DNA from: Squalus acanthias | Lineage: Eukaryota | NCBI GenBank assembly: GCA_030390025.1 | Contig: CM059425.1 | Span: 176,206,001 to 176,270,000 of the forward strand | Direction: 5' to 3' | DNA: 64,000 bases | Shown here: positions 26,345 through 37,332 of the stretch, one piece after another | How the letters are laid out: every line of letters starts with the position of its first letter | Numbering within the stretch: the first letter of the stretch is position 1 | Made by a program: the position numbers and the translations under genes | The notes under the pieces: model-generated | Told to the model about the DNA's origin: nothing | Databases searched by the model: none | The model's input: the letters and a program-made list of their open reading frames with translations, nothing else

Positions 26345-26741
26345 GTAATGTATACACAGCAGCTGAAACCATCAACCAGAGATTAATATACATACACAGG
26401 CACATAGATCTTGTAAGAGGGAGGGGAGATACTTAATCTGTAATATAACATTTTTTTTGTGTTAAATACGATACCCACAAAAAATTATAAAGTTCTTCTG
26501 TACAACTGAAATAACTTATTCCTGTTTCTTGCCTACACAACAGCCACTGCACTTCAAACTTATTTTGTGTGAAACATTTTGAGGCATTTTAAGTGATTAG
26601 GCATGATTTGAATGCAGCTGTTATCATAGTTCTCCTTTGAGTTTCCTGCTTGTACAACCCATAATTTAAATAAATTAAAATCTATAAAGAGGGCTGGAAA
26701 CAAGCATCGAGGGTATTTTACACTTTAGTCTAAGAGCACCA

Positions 26742-28382
26742 CGCATGGAGGTAGAGGGCATGGCTGAGGTACTAAATGAGTACTTTGCATCTGTCTTTAC
26801 CAAGGAAGAAGATGCTGCCAAAGTCATAGTGAAAGAGGAGGTAGTTGAGATACTGGATGGGATAAAAATTGATAAAGCAGATGTACTAGAAAGGCTGGCT
26901 GTACTTAAAGTAGATAAATCACTAGGACCGGATGGGACGCATCCTAGGATGCCGAGGGAAGTAAAGGTGGAAATTGTGGAGGTACTGGCCATAATCTTCC
27001 AATCCTCCTTAGATATGGGGGTGGTGTCAGAGGACTGGAGAATTGCAAATGTTACACCCTTGTTCAAAAAAGGGTGTAACGATAAACCCAGCAACTACAG
27101 GCCAGTCAGTTTAACCTCAGTAGTGGGGAAGCTTTTAGAAACGATAATCTAGGACAAAATTAACAGTCACTTGGACAAGCGTGGATTAATTAAGAAAAGC
27201 CAGCATGGATTTGTTAAAGGCAAATCGTGTTTAACTAACTTAATTGAGCTTTTTGATGAGGTATCAGAGAGGGTTGATGAGGGCAATGCGGTTGATGTGG
27301 TGTACATGGACTTCCAAAGACATTTGATAAAGTGCCACATAATAGGCTTGCCAGCAAAGTTGAAGCCCATGGAATAAAAGGGACTGTGGCAGCATGGATA
27401 TGAAATTGGCTAAGTGACAGGTAACAGAGAGTAGTGGTGTATGGTTGTTTTTTGGACTGGAGGAAGGTATACAGTGGTGTTCCCCAGGGGTCGGTACTAG
27501 GACCACTGCTTTTCTTGATTTTTTTTTATTCGTTCAAGGGATGTGGGCATCGCTGGCAAGGCTAGCATTTGTTGCCCATCCCTAATTGCCCTTGAGTGGC
27601 TTGCTAGGCCATTTCAGAGGGAAGTTAAGAGTCAACCACATTGCAGTGGGTCTGGAGTCACATATAGGCCAGACCAGATAAGGACGGCTTTTCTTGATAT
27701 ATATTAATGACTTGGACTTGAGTGTACAGGGCACAATTTCAAAATTTGCAGATGACACAAAACTTGGAGGTGTAGTGAACAGTGGGGAGGATAGTGATAG
27801 ACTTCAAGAGGAAGTAGACAGGCTGGTGGAATGGGCGGACACGTGGCAGATGAAATTTAACACAGAAAAGTGCAAAGTGATACCTTTTGGTAGGAAGAAC
27901 GAGGAGAGGTAATATAAACTAAAGGGTACAATTCTAAAGGGGGTGCATGAACAGAGAGACCTGGGGGTGTATGTGCACAAATCGTTGAAGGTGGCAGGGC
28001 AGGTTGAGATAGCGGTTAAAAAAGCATACGGGATCCTGGGCTTCATAACTAGAGGCGTAGAATACAAAAGCAAGGAAGTTATGATGAGCCTCTATAAAAC
28101 ACTGGTCTGACCTCAACTGGAGTATTGTGTTCAATTCTGGGCACCGCACTTTAGGAAGAATGTGATGGCCTTAGAGAGGGTGCAGAAAAGATTCACGAGA
28201 ATGGTTCCAGGGATGAGGGACTTCAGTTACGTGGATAGACTGGAGAATCTGGGGTTGTTCTCCTTAGAGCAGAGAAGGGTGAGAGGAGATATGATAGAGG
28301 TGTTCAAAATCATGAGGGGTCGAGACAGAGTAGAGAGAAACTGTTCCCATTGGCAGAAGGGTCGAGAACCAGAGGACACAGA
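26742..28382 (+). mobile_element. CR1 LINE (RT region) lacking its normal 3' end
   Basis: AEVLNEYFASVFT, NYRPVSLTS, QHGFVKGKSCLTNL, FADDTKL; interrupted by a SINE. Confidence 0.95.
27520..27686 (-). mobile_element. 5'-truncated SINE sharing the 3' tail of LINE family B
   Basis: 12-bp TSD gcttttcttgat (27508-27519 / 27687-27698); last ~75 nt match the LINE-B 3' end plus poly(A), and the rest is unrelated to the LINE. Confidence 0.8.
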
Positions 28383-28570
28383 ATCTGCCTCCACCACCCT
28401 TTCAGGCAGTACATTCCAGATCCTAACCACTCGCTGAGTAAAAAAGTTTTTCCTCATGTCGCCTTTGGTTCTTTTGCCAATCACCTTAAATCTGTTTCCT
28501 CTGGTTCTCGACCCTTTTGCCAATGGGAACAGTTTCTCTCTATCTACTCCAACCAGACCCCTCATGATTT
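28383..28570 (-). mobile_element. Inverted CR1 3' segment (fold-back)
   Basis: Reverse complement reads KIMRG..REKLFPLAKGSRTRG..RKNFFTQRVVRIWN; partly duplicates 28307-28382. Confidence 0.85.
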
Positions 28571-29379
28571 AAAAAACACAAAACAGAGACATTGCAAGTG
28601 AGATCTTTACCCTTTTCTTTTCACTGATGGTAGGTGCATAAAATGTCAGCTACACTTCCAGAGCAGCATTTACATACGGTGATCTGGCAATTTCTGTATA
28701 AAACAGTGAGTTGTTAATATCTTCAGGCGAAGAGGAGGAGGAAATAAATGGCAGAAAGGTTTAAAAAAGTGATAAAACATTGTTATTACCTCATAGGCTT
28801 TTGAACTGGTATAAACCTCCCAGCCAGCACTTCAACCTTGAATCATTCTCTCTCTTCAAATGAAAGATAGATATTAAAGCATGAAAAGAGTTTGGAAAAC
28901 ATTTGCTTTTGATTGTTTACAAGCTCATAATATGCATAATTGCTCTGAAACGCATCACGTCACTGTGCATAGTCATTGTGGTGAAAATAATACATAACTC
29001 CTCCATCCCTAAACAAAACTACTTGTCAAACATGTTCTCATAAAGACACTGCTCATTTAACAATGAACTGATTTTATTTGCTTAATATTTTATAATGGTT
29101 ATTGTGTTTTCTAAAGCAGCAGTGACTAACATCTGGCAGTGCCTGGGCTGACCAATCTTCCCTTGGCTGTTTAATATCAAACTTGCCAATATCAAAGTAG
29201 ACCCTTGTAAGACATTTACAGACCCCTATTGGGGAACACAACCTACTTTCTTCCTTTCTGTAATATACAATTAACTCCCACACATTTACATTTCTTATAT
29301 TTTCTTATCACTCGAGATGAACCTCTGACCTTATGACTTTAAATAATAAACGAACACTGTGTGATCTTATTCGTGATTT

Positions 29380-29983
29380 AAATCGATTTAAATGATTTTG
29401 AAGTTGCACATTCAACATCGAGCGAATCCCCTTCGATCAGCACCACGGCGGTCACATCCGCTGATTGCCTCAATGTGGTGAAGGGGAGCTCACTGCCGAG
29501 ATCAAAAGACAAGGCAGGAGAGAGCGGGGTAGAGGTCGAGCTCACTGCCAGTCACCGAGACAGGTCCTTCACATGACTCTCTCACACCCACTGGATCTGT
29601 TTTGTGGCGGGGCTGCTTTTCAGAGCAGCAGAAGTTGACTGAGATCTTTCTCCCTGAAGACCTGTGGGAGCCGCTCGCAACTTTTCTTTTGAATGTTCTG
29701 GGAGCTGCATCTGTGAGGCGTGGGCTTGGTCTGGAAACATATCTGAAACTGACTCGCAGTCTTCTGGTTAATCGCGAACTTTAGGCGTCATCGGATCAAT
29801 CCCTTGAGGGCAGTATGTGAGCAACTTAATCAGCTCAAATCTGCGTGTGTGGTGACAGCGACATACATCGTGCCCAGAAGAAGCGGAGTTACTCGTGTTC
29901 GCCACATCAGGCGGCGGAGGCTGAGGGACACTTGTCTGGAATCTGAGCCAGCACTTAGCTGGGAGCAGCCACAACAGGTAAAA
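29380..29983 (+). promoter_or_regulatory. CpG-rich, apparently unique segment; candidate promoter/first exon
   Basis: About 28 CpG in 600 bp by eye, against CpG-poor flanks; GC-box-like GGCGGGGC and GGCGTGGG; ends at CAG|GTAAAA (GT at 29978). Confidence 0.4.
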
Positions 29984-30955
29984 TCATTTTAATGACACGT
30001 TGTAATAAGTTTCAGTAGCCACATGTTGAGGTGCATGTGATAACATTTCCACAGGTACAAACAAATCGTGTGCCGGGGTGGTGATCAGAGCAGTGCACTT
30101 TGACAGACATAATACTGATGCAGAAATAACAACAGCAATTAATCTCACTTAACACATTAAGGGAGGAAAAGGATTGTTAAAAACAAAGAACCATTTGTAG
30201 ACTCACACAAGTGATATAAAATTGGTAATTACTCCAAACACCGTGCAGAAAGTGTAAAAGGTTAATGGTGGGGAACAATTCTCAGTGGCAATCCTGTCTT
30301 TATTTTTCTTAATCTGTGATCGTGCGCTTTACCAGTCTCAAAATGAAGCCTCAAATTCGTTCTAATCTTGAATGTAGGAGGGAGTTAGTCATCTATGGAA
30401 TGGGGTTTCTGCATCGAAACCATTTTAGCACAGCCAGTTTCAGGCAGTTCACAGCACACATTTTATGTAAGATATATTTCTCCTGGTCCTGGACTGTTCG
30501 TGCTGTAACTGGTTACCGACACCTCCCCCAATCTCATCCTTGTCAAGTCCTTGTCTCAGTTTCTCTATCATTCCCTCCCTCTCTCCAGAAAACCTCATAG
30601 TTTGACGTTTCTGAGCGTTACATGGGCAATAAAGTGAATTCAGATTAGATCCCAGCATCAGTTTGCATTTCTTCAGAGTTAAATGTACCTCAGAACATGT
30701 GGTCACTACTAAAATACATATTTGTATTTCAACTGTTTAAAACTAGCACTTTGTTTGTACTATTGACACGGCAAAATGCTGTACAGATTACTGTCTTGCA
30801 AATAGGACTCATTTCAAAATGGTAACCACGAAGACATACAACAGCTGACAGGAACGATTAAGATTGGTATTGTGTTGGGAATTGTCTGGAGGCTTCTGAT
30901 CGTCCCTTTAATTTATTTTACGAGTGACTGTATGACTCTTTACTTTCAACTCTTT

Positions 30956-33717
30956 GGGGGCGATTTTCCCACTGGAGGCGAGATGGAGGCGGGTTTCGGT
31001 TTGGGTGGGTTTGAAACCCGCCTCCACTGATAGGTTTCAAAAATTTGCGATTTTCCCATGAATGGCCACTTGATTTCAGAGGTGTGGGATGCCCTTGGTC
31101 AATTAGTGTTTTGGGACTGAAACTCGCCTCTGTTGACAGCACTTTTCCAGGCTGATTTTATGGCTTCTTGCTCCCTTGGCGCTTTCCACAGCATTTCTGC
31201 ATCTCCTGCACCACCTGCAACATCTTTTGAGAAACCACTATGTCCAATTCCAAGGCAAGGGCCTACCCGAGGCTCTCGGATGAGGCGCTGCAAATGTTGT
31301 TTGAGGGGGTGACAGCTAGCAGGGAGGTGCTCTTCCACTCATCTCAGAGGAAGAGGCCTCACAAAGAAACCAAGGCTGTGTGGGTACAGCTGGCAAGGGA
31401 TATAACCTCCAGATCTGTGTGCAGATTGGGAGACTGTTTCTGTGTATTGATGAAATGCTATCCCTGTTGGAAAGCATTAAAATGATTTGAAGCCAAAATG
31501 TTGGTGTTATGCCATCTGTTCTTTTGCCTTCGGCAGCTCCACATTGCGGGCACCGCCACACTTGCATTGTCAGGTTGGTGGCCTGAGTGAAAGGAGGCCA
31601 GAAAGTCATGTCCATTGTCAATGATGTCCTAGAATGGAGCAAAGGACGTGTGCCAACTTGGGCAACCTATGCAAATCTGGTCAGGATAAGTTCATCCCTT
31701 GCATCCTGGGCTCAGACCTCATCCTCCTCCTCCTCCTCCAGATCCTCCTCCTCCTCCTCATCTGAGGTCCATGCAGAAAGAAAACGAATGGTTCCCATGC
31801 TGCTTGTAGATGCCTCCATTGGGGAAGCGCTCATTGCGAGTGGGGAGAGGGTCTTCCAAGGAGGTCCCACAGTTGATGGAGTCAAGCTGCAGCACCTCCG
31901 ACTTTGGAAGGCCTTCTAAAAGGGCTCAGAGACCTTTTAAAGCCAAGGGCTGGCACCTGCAAGTAATCCTTGCTGCAATAAACGATAGGGGTGATTTTCT
32001 GACGTCGGAGGAGGCTGGTTTGGAGGCGGGAAAATCAGATTCAAAGAGGTCGGGTTCGGAACCAACCTCCAACCCGCCTCCGTGGGATTTTGCCGGTGCC
32101 GGTTTTGGAGGTTGGGAAACGCTCCCGTCTCCAGCTGGCCATTGCGTTATTTAACATCTTTAAATGCTCGTTAAGGGCTTCTCTAAGCCTATTTTGAGGC
32201 CCTCGTGATTTTTCCAGCTTTTCGGCGTGCTCCATGCACCTCCTAAAGCACGCCAGGTAAACCTGGTGGGTTGACTCGTGGGTGGCCTCCTCACTGCTGC
32301 AGGTCTAACAAAACATCGTTTATTGCAGCAAGGATTACTTGCAGATGCCAGACCTTGGCTTTAAAAGGTCTCTGAGCACTTTTAGAAGGCCTTCTGAAGT
32401 CGGAGGTGCTGCAACTTGACTCCATCAACTGTGGGACCTCCTTGGAAGACCCTCTCCCCGCTTGCAATGAGCGCTTCCCCAAAGGAGGCATCTACAAGCA
32501 GCATGGGAACCATTCGTTTTCTTTCTGCATGGACCTCAGATGAGGATGAGGAGGAGAAGGAGGAGGATCTGGAGGAGGAGGAGGAGGAGGAGGATCTGGA
32601 GGAGGAGGGGAGGATGAGGTCAGAGCCCAGGATGCAAGGGATGAACTTATCATGGCCAGATTTGCATTGGTTGCCCAAGTTGGCACATGTCCTTGGCTCC
32701 ATCCTAGGACATCATTGACAATGGACTCTCTGGCCTCCTTTCACTCAGGCCACCAACCTGACAACACAAGTGTGGCGGTGCCCGCAATGTGGAGCTGCCT
32801 AAGGCGAAAGAACAGATGGCATAACGCCAACATTTTGGCTTCAAATCATTTTAATGCTTTCCAACAGGGATGGCATTTCATCAATACACAGAAACAGTCT
32901 CCCAATCTGCACACAGATCTGGAGGTTATATCCCTTGCCAGCTGTAACCACACAACCTTGGTTTCTTTGTGAGGCCTCTTCCTCTGAGATGAGTGGAAGA
33001 GCACCTCCATGCTAGCTGACACCCCCTCAAGCAACATTTGCAGCACCTCATCCGAGAGCCTCGGGTAGGCCCTTGCCTTGGAATTGGACATAGTGGTTTC
33101 TCAAAAGATGTTGGAGGTGGTGCAGGAGATGCAGAAATGCTGTGGAATGAGCCAAGGGAGCAAGAAGCCATAAAATCAGACTGGAAAAGTGCTGTCAACA
33201 GAGGCGAGTTTCAGTCCCAAAACACTAATTGACCAAGGGCATCCCACACCTCTGAAATCAAGTGGCCAATCATGGGAAAATCACAAATTTTTGAAACCTA
33301 TCAGTGGAGGCGAGTTTCAAACCCACCCAAACTGAAACCCGCCTCCATCTCGCCTCCAGTGGGAAAATCGCCCCCGATGTCTTGTTAGACCTGCAGCAGT
33401 GAGGAGGCCACCCACGAGTCAACCCACCAGGTTTACCTGGCGTGCTTCAGGAGGTGCGTGGATCACACCGAAAAGCTGGAAAAATCACGAGGGCCTCTCA
33501 AAATAGGCTTAGAGAGGCCCTTAATGAGCATTTAAGGATGTTAAATAGAGCAATGGCCAGCTGGAGGCGGAAGCGTTTCCCAACCTCCAAAACCGGCACC
33601 GGCAAAATCCCACGGAGGTGGGTTGGAGGTTGGTTCCGAACCCGACCTCTTTGAATCTGATTTTCCCGCCATTCCCACCTCCAAACCTGCCTCCTCCGAT
33701 GTCAGAAAATCGCCCCC
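30956..33717 (+). mobile_element. Mini-Harbinger, outer copy (split by the inner copy)
   Basis: TIRs gggggcgattttc / gaaaatcgccccc; TSD TTT; Myb exon-1 remnant from 31240 (MSNSKARAYPRLSDEAL..). Confidence 0.92.
31987..33375 (-). mobile_element. Mini-Harbinger, inner copy of the same family in opposite orientation
   Basis: Ends aggggtgattttc / gaaaatcgccccc; TSD GAT (31984-31986 / 33376-33378); closely matches the reverse complement of the rejoined outer copy. Confidence 0.92.
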
Positions 33718-34349
33718 TTTGCTTCAGTTCCTTCAGTGAAGGCACCTGTACCCATTTACTGGGTTCAGCTTAGTTTAGTATTGAATAGGCACAGTAATTC
33801 ACATTGGCCAGTTCAGTTTTTGTGTTGATCTGACAGTTTTGAATAAAAATATATTGGCCTAGACATTCGATTGCACTGCGCCTATTTTACAGGTGTAACA
33901 ACAGGTGCCTAAGAGTCCACGTGCGTGCGTGCTCATTCCTTGCCAGATGTGTGCTGACTGCCATATTCAATTGGACTCCTTTGTAGGCACCCAGGGCATG
34001 CGCTGGAAGTATTACAAAGGCTAATTAAAATATTTAAATAATGGTCCTACGCTTGTTGTAGGGCCCTTTTGTGAAATTGATCTGTCGCATTGCCTGACTC
34101 GCCACGTGTTAAACTCGCTCAGTAACTCGTGGTGTTAACAGGCAGCAAGGACCCTTCAGCAGTGCTATTTAAAGGGCTCAACCATGGCATTCAGGTTAGT
34201 TGCTGGTTTACGTCTGGATTTGTTGGTTTATTTTCTGCCTTCTACAGCTAAATTGTGACTTCTGCTAATAACTTTTTGCTGGTGCTGGACTGTTTGCATT
34301 TGGTTTCAAAACAGTTTCACTGCAGTCATGGATGGTCTGGTAGGGTTGA

Positions 34350-34747
34350 AACATAGAAAAATAGGAGCAGGAGTAGGCCATTCGGCCCTTCGAGCCTGCT
34401 CCGCCATTCAACACGATCATGGCTGATCCTCTATCTCAATACCATATTCCCGCTCTCTCCCCATACCTCTTGGTGCCTTTTGTGTCTAGAAATCTACCTA
34501 TCTCCTTCTTAAATATATTCAGTGACTTGGCCTTTACAGCTTTCTGTGGTAGAGAATTCCACAGGTTCACCACCCTCTGAGTGAAGAAATTTCTCCTCAT
34601 CTCAGTCCTAAATGTCCTACTCCGTATCCTGAGACTGTGACCCCTCGTTCTAGACCCCCCAGCCAGGGGAAACATCCTCCCTGCATCGAGTCTGTCTAGC
34701 CCTGTCAGAATTTTATACGTTTCAATGAGATTTATACGTTTCAATGA
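34350..34747 (-). mobile_element. CR1 LINE 3' fragment
   Basis: IETYKILTGLDR..RNFFTQRVVNLWNSLP; 17-bp tandem duplication at the 5' truncation (34712-34728 / 34731-34747). Confidence 0.92.
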
Positions 34748-34752
34748 ACTGC

Positions 34753-34789
34753 AGTTCTGATGAAGGGTCATCGACCTGAAACGTTAACT
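34753..34789 (+). ncRNA. Minimal type-I hammerhead ribozyme motif in a short Penelope-terminus-like repeat (34750-34857)
   Basis: AGTT-CTGATGA-AGG(G)TC/atc/GACCT-GAAAC-GT-T-AACT: core intact, helix I AGUU/AACU, palindromic ACGU helix III. Confidence 0.65.
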
Positions 34790-35231
34790 CTGTTTCTCTC
34801 TCCACTGATGCTGCCTGACCTGCTGAGTATTTCCAGCATTTTCTGTTTTTATTTCATAGCCAGCACTATCTGTGGCTGTCAAGGTCACCCTGGCCCTTAG
34901 TTATGCAGCAGGTGATATCAGTGACTTCTCCCAGTTTGCTGTTCTTTGCTGTATCAGGGAGGTCACCGAGGCTCTCTGCACCAGAAGGAATACCTACATC
35001 TCTTTCCCTATGGACAGAGCAAAGCAGGATAAGAGAGCACTCGGCTTCACCTGTATTACAAGCTTCCCCAGGGTGCGAAGTGCCACAGATTGCACTCAGA
35101 TATTGCTTTGTATGCTCCCCATCACCACCCTGGCACCTTTGTCAATAGAAAGGGATTTTAACCCTTCAACATCCAGCTTGTTTGTGAACACAGGAAGCAC
35201 ATCAGGCAGGTCTGTGTGCTGTTTTCTGGCA

Positions 35232-35413
35232 GCAGAGCAAAGCAGCCCGCTTGATTGACACCCCACCCACCACCTTAAACATTCACTCCCTCCACCACCG
35301 ACGTACCGTGGCTGCAGTGTGTACCAGCTACAAGATGCACTGCAGCAACTCGCATGGGCAATAAATGCTGGCTTTGCCAGCGACGCCCACATCCTATACA
35401 CGAATAAAAAAAA
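35232..35413 (+). mobile_element. Internally deleted LINE-B 3' fragment
   Basis: Matches LINE-B C-terminal DNA, joined directly to its 3' terminus and poly(A). Confidence 0.85.
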
Positions 35414-35514
35414 TGTCATGATGCATTCATCCTTCACCAGTCCTCTGTGCTACCTTTATTCCAGTCAGACCACAGACTGGCTACTGGATGACAAGGGATA
35501 CAAGGGATACAGGC

Positions 35515-36255
35515 TGCAGTACAGAGGGACCTGGGGGTCCTTGTGCATGAAACACAAAAAGTTAGCATGCAGGTACAGCAAGTAATCAGGAAGGCAAATG
35601 GAATGTTGGCCTTTATTGCAAAGGGGTTGGAGTATAAAAGTAGGGAAGTCCTGCTACAACTGTACAGGGTATTGGTGAGGCCACACCTCAAGTACTGCGT
35701 ACAGTTTTGGTCTCCTTATTTAAGGAGGGATATACTTGCATTGGTGGCAGTTCAGAGAAGGTTCATGAGGTTGATTCCTGAGATGAGGGGGTTGACTTAT
35801 GAAGAAAGGTTGAGCAGGTTGGGCCTATACTCATTGGAGTTTTGAAGAATGAGAGGTGATCTTATTGAAACATATAAGATTCTGAGGGGGCTGGACAAGG
35901 TAGATGCAGAGAAGATGTTTCCCCTCATGGGGGAATCTAGAACTGGGGGCATAGTTTCAGAATAAGGGGTCGCCCATTTAAAACTGAGATGAGGAGGAAT
36001 TTCTTCTCTCAGAGGGTCGTAAATCTGTGGAATTCTCTACCCCAGAGAGCTGTGAAGGCTGGGTCATTGAATATATTTAAGGTGGAGATAGACAGATTTT
36101 TGAACAATAAGGGAGTGAAGGGTTATGGGGAGCGGGCAGGGAAATGGAGCTGAGCCCAAGATCAGATCAGCCATGATCTCATGAAATGGAGGAGCAGGCT
36201 CGAGGGGCCAAATGGCTTACTCCAGCTCCTATTTCTTATGTTCTTATGTTCTTAT
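35515..36255 (+). mobile_element. 5'-truncated CR1 LINE
   Basis: KANGMLAFIAKGLEYKSREV, RPHLKYCVQFWSP; (TTCTTATG)n tail; splits the transposase DKG|YPLQPW motif. Confidence 0.93.
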
Positions 36256-36694
36256 CCCCTTCAGCCATGGCTCATGACTTCTGGCAGAAACCTGGTCATA
36301 GCTGCAGAACTGGTCTACAACAAAAGCCATGCCACCATTAGAGAAGTAATCGAGCAGACAGTCTCAGGCAGCATCTCCACTGCCTAAACCATTTGTGGTC
36401 GTCTGCTGCATGCTGTACAACTTTGCCATCATGAGGGACCAGGCTTGACCATCATCTGGGAAGCAGGAAGTGCAAGAGGGGGAGAAGAAGAGCCCACCTG
36501 ATTTCAGTCCCATTGAAATCCATGGGATAGAAATTGGGCAGGTTCCCACTGGGCAGGCAGTCCACTCCACCAGATTACCAGCCAGGCGGTGACGGTAAAA
36601 ATTACCCCTGGTAAATCTGCTGATGTAAGAATAATTTCTCAAACTACATAAAATGTGTGTTGCATAATATCTGAAAAATATATGCATGATGCGT

Positions 36695-36704
36695 CGCATC
36701 AGCT

Positions 36705-36746
<42 letters not shown>

Positions 36747-37142
36747 GTGGGTTTAAGTCCCACTCCAGAGACTTGAGGATAAAAATCTAGGCTGACACTC
36801 CAGTGCTGCACTGTCTGAGAGGCTGTCTTTTGGATGAGATGTTAAACCGAGGCCCCGTCTGCTCTCTCAGGTGAACGTAAAAATCCCATGGCACTATTTC
36901 AAAGAGCAGGGGAGTTATCTCCGGTGTCATAGCCAATATTTATCCCTCAATCAGCATAACAAAAACAGATTATCTGGTCATTATCACATTGCTGTTTGTG
37001 GGAGCTTGCTGTGCGCAAATTGGCTGTCATGTTTCCTACATTACAACAGTGACTACAATTCAAAAGTACTTCATTGGCTGTAAAGCACTTTGAGATATCT
37101 GGTGGTCATGAAAGGTGCTATATAAATGCAAGTTTTTCTTTC
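36695..37142 (+). mobile_element. tRNA-derived DeuSINE (SacSINE1-like), near full length
   Basis: Box A TGGCTCAATGG (36706), box B GGTTTAAGTCC (36750), Deu-domain-like core gatgagatgttaaaccgaggcccc..atcccatggcactattt, L2-like tail gctatataaatgcaag. Family name from recall. Confidence 0.8.
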
Positions 37143-37332
37143 TATTTGAAAATTATCAGTAAACAGCCTTTTTCATATTTTATGTTCCTGCAACACATGC
37201 ATGGTGTGATTGGCATTCCTCAGTTAACAAACAATCACTAAATATACAATGAACTATGCCTAAACTGGTGTATGAAATTCTGATCATTTAGAGTATGCTT
37301 TTATTAAGAAAGAAACAAGTTGTATTTATATT

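Larger units (their letters stand above)
33856..36608 (+). mobile_element. Old fragmented Harbinger with transposase remnants
   Basis: Ends ggcctagacatt / aaaattacccc; colinear pieces VAVKVTLAL..IREVTEAL..FPRV..DCT, HDAFIL, WLLDDKGY|PLQPWLMT, IEQT, VVCCMLYN, separated by retro-insertions. Confidence 0.75.

Noticed and set aside
36695..36770. tRNA gene
   Set aside because: Box A and B continue directly into SINE body and tail; this is a SINE head.
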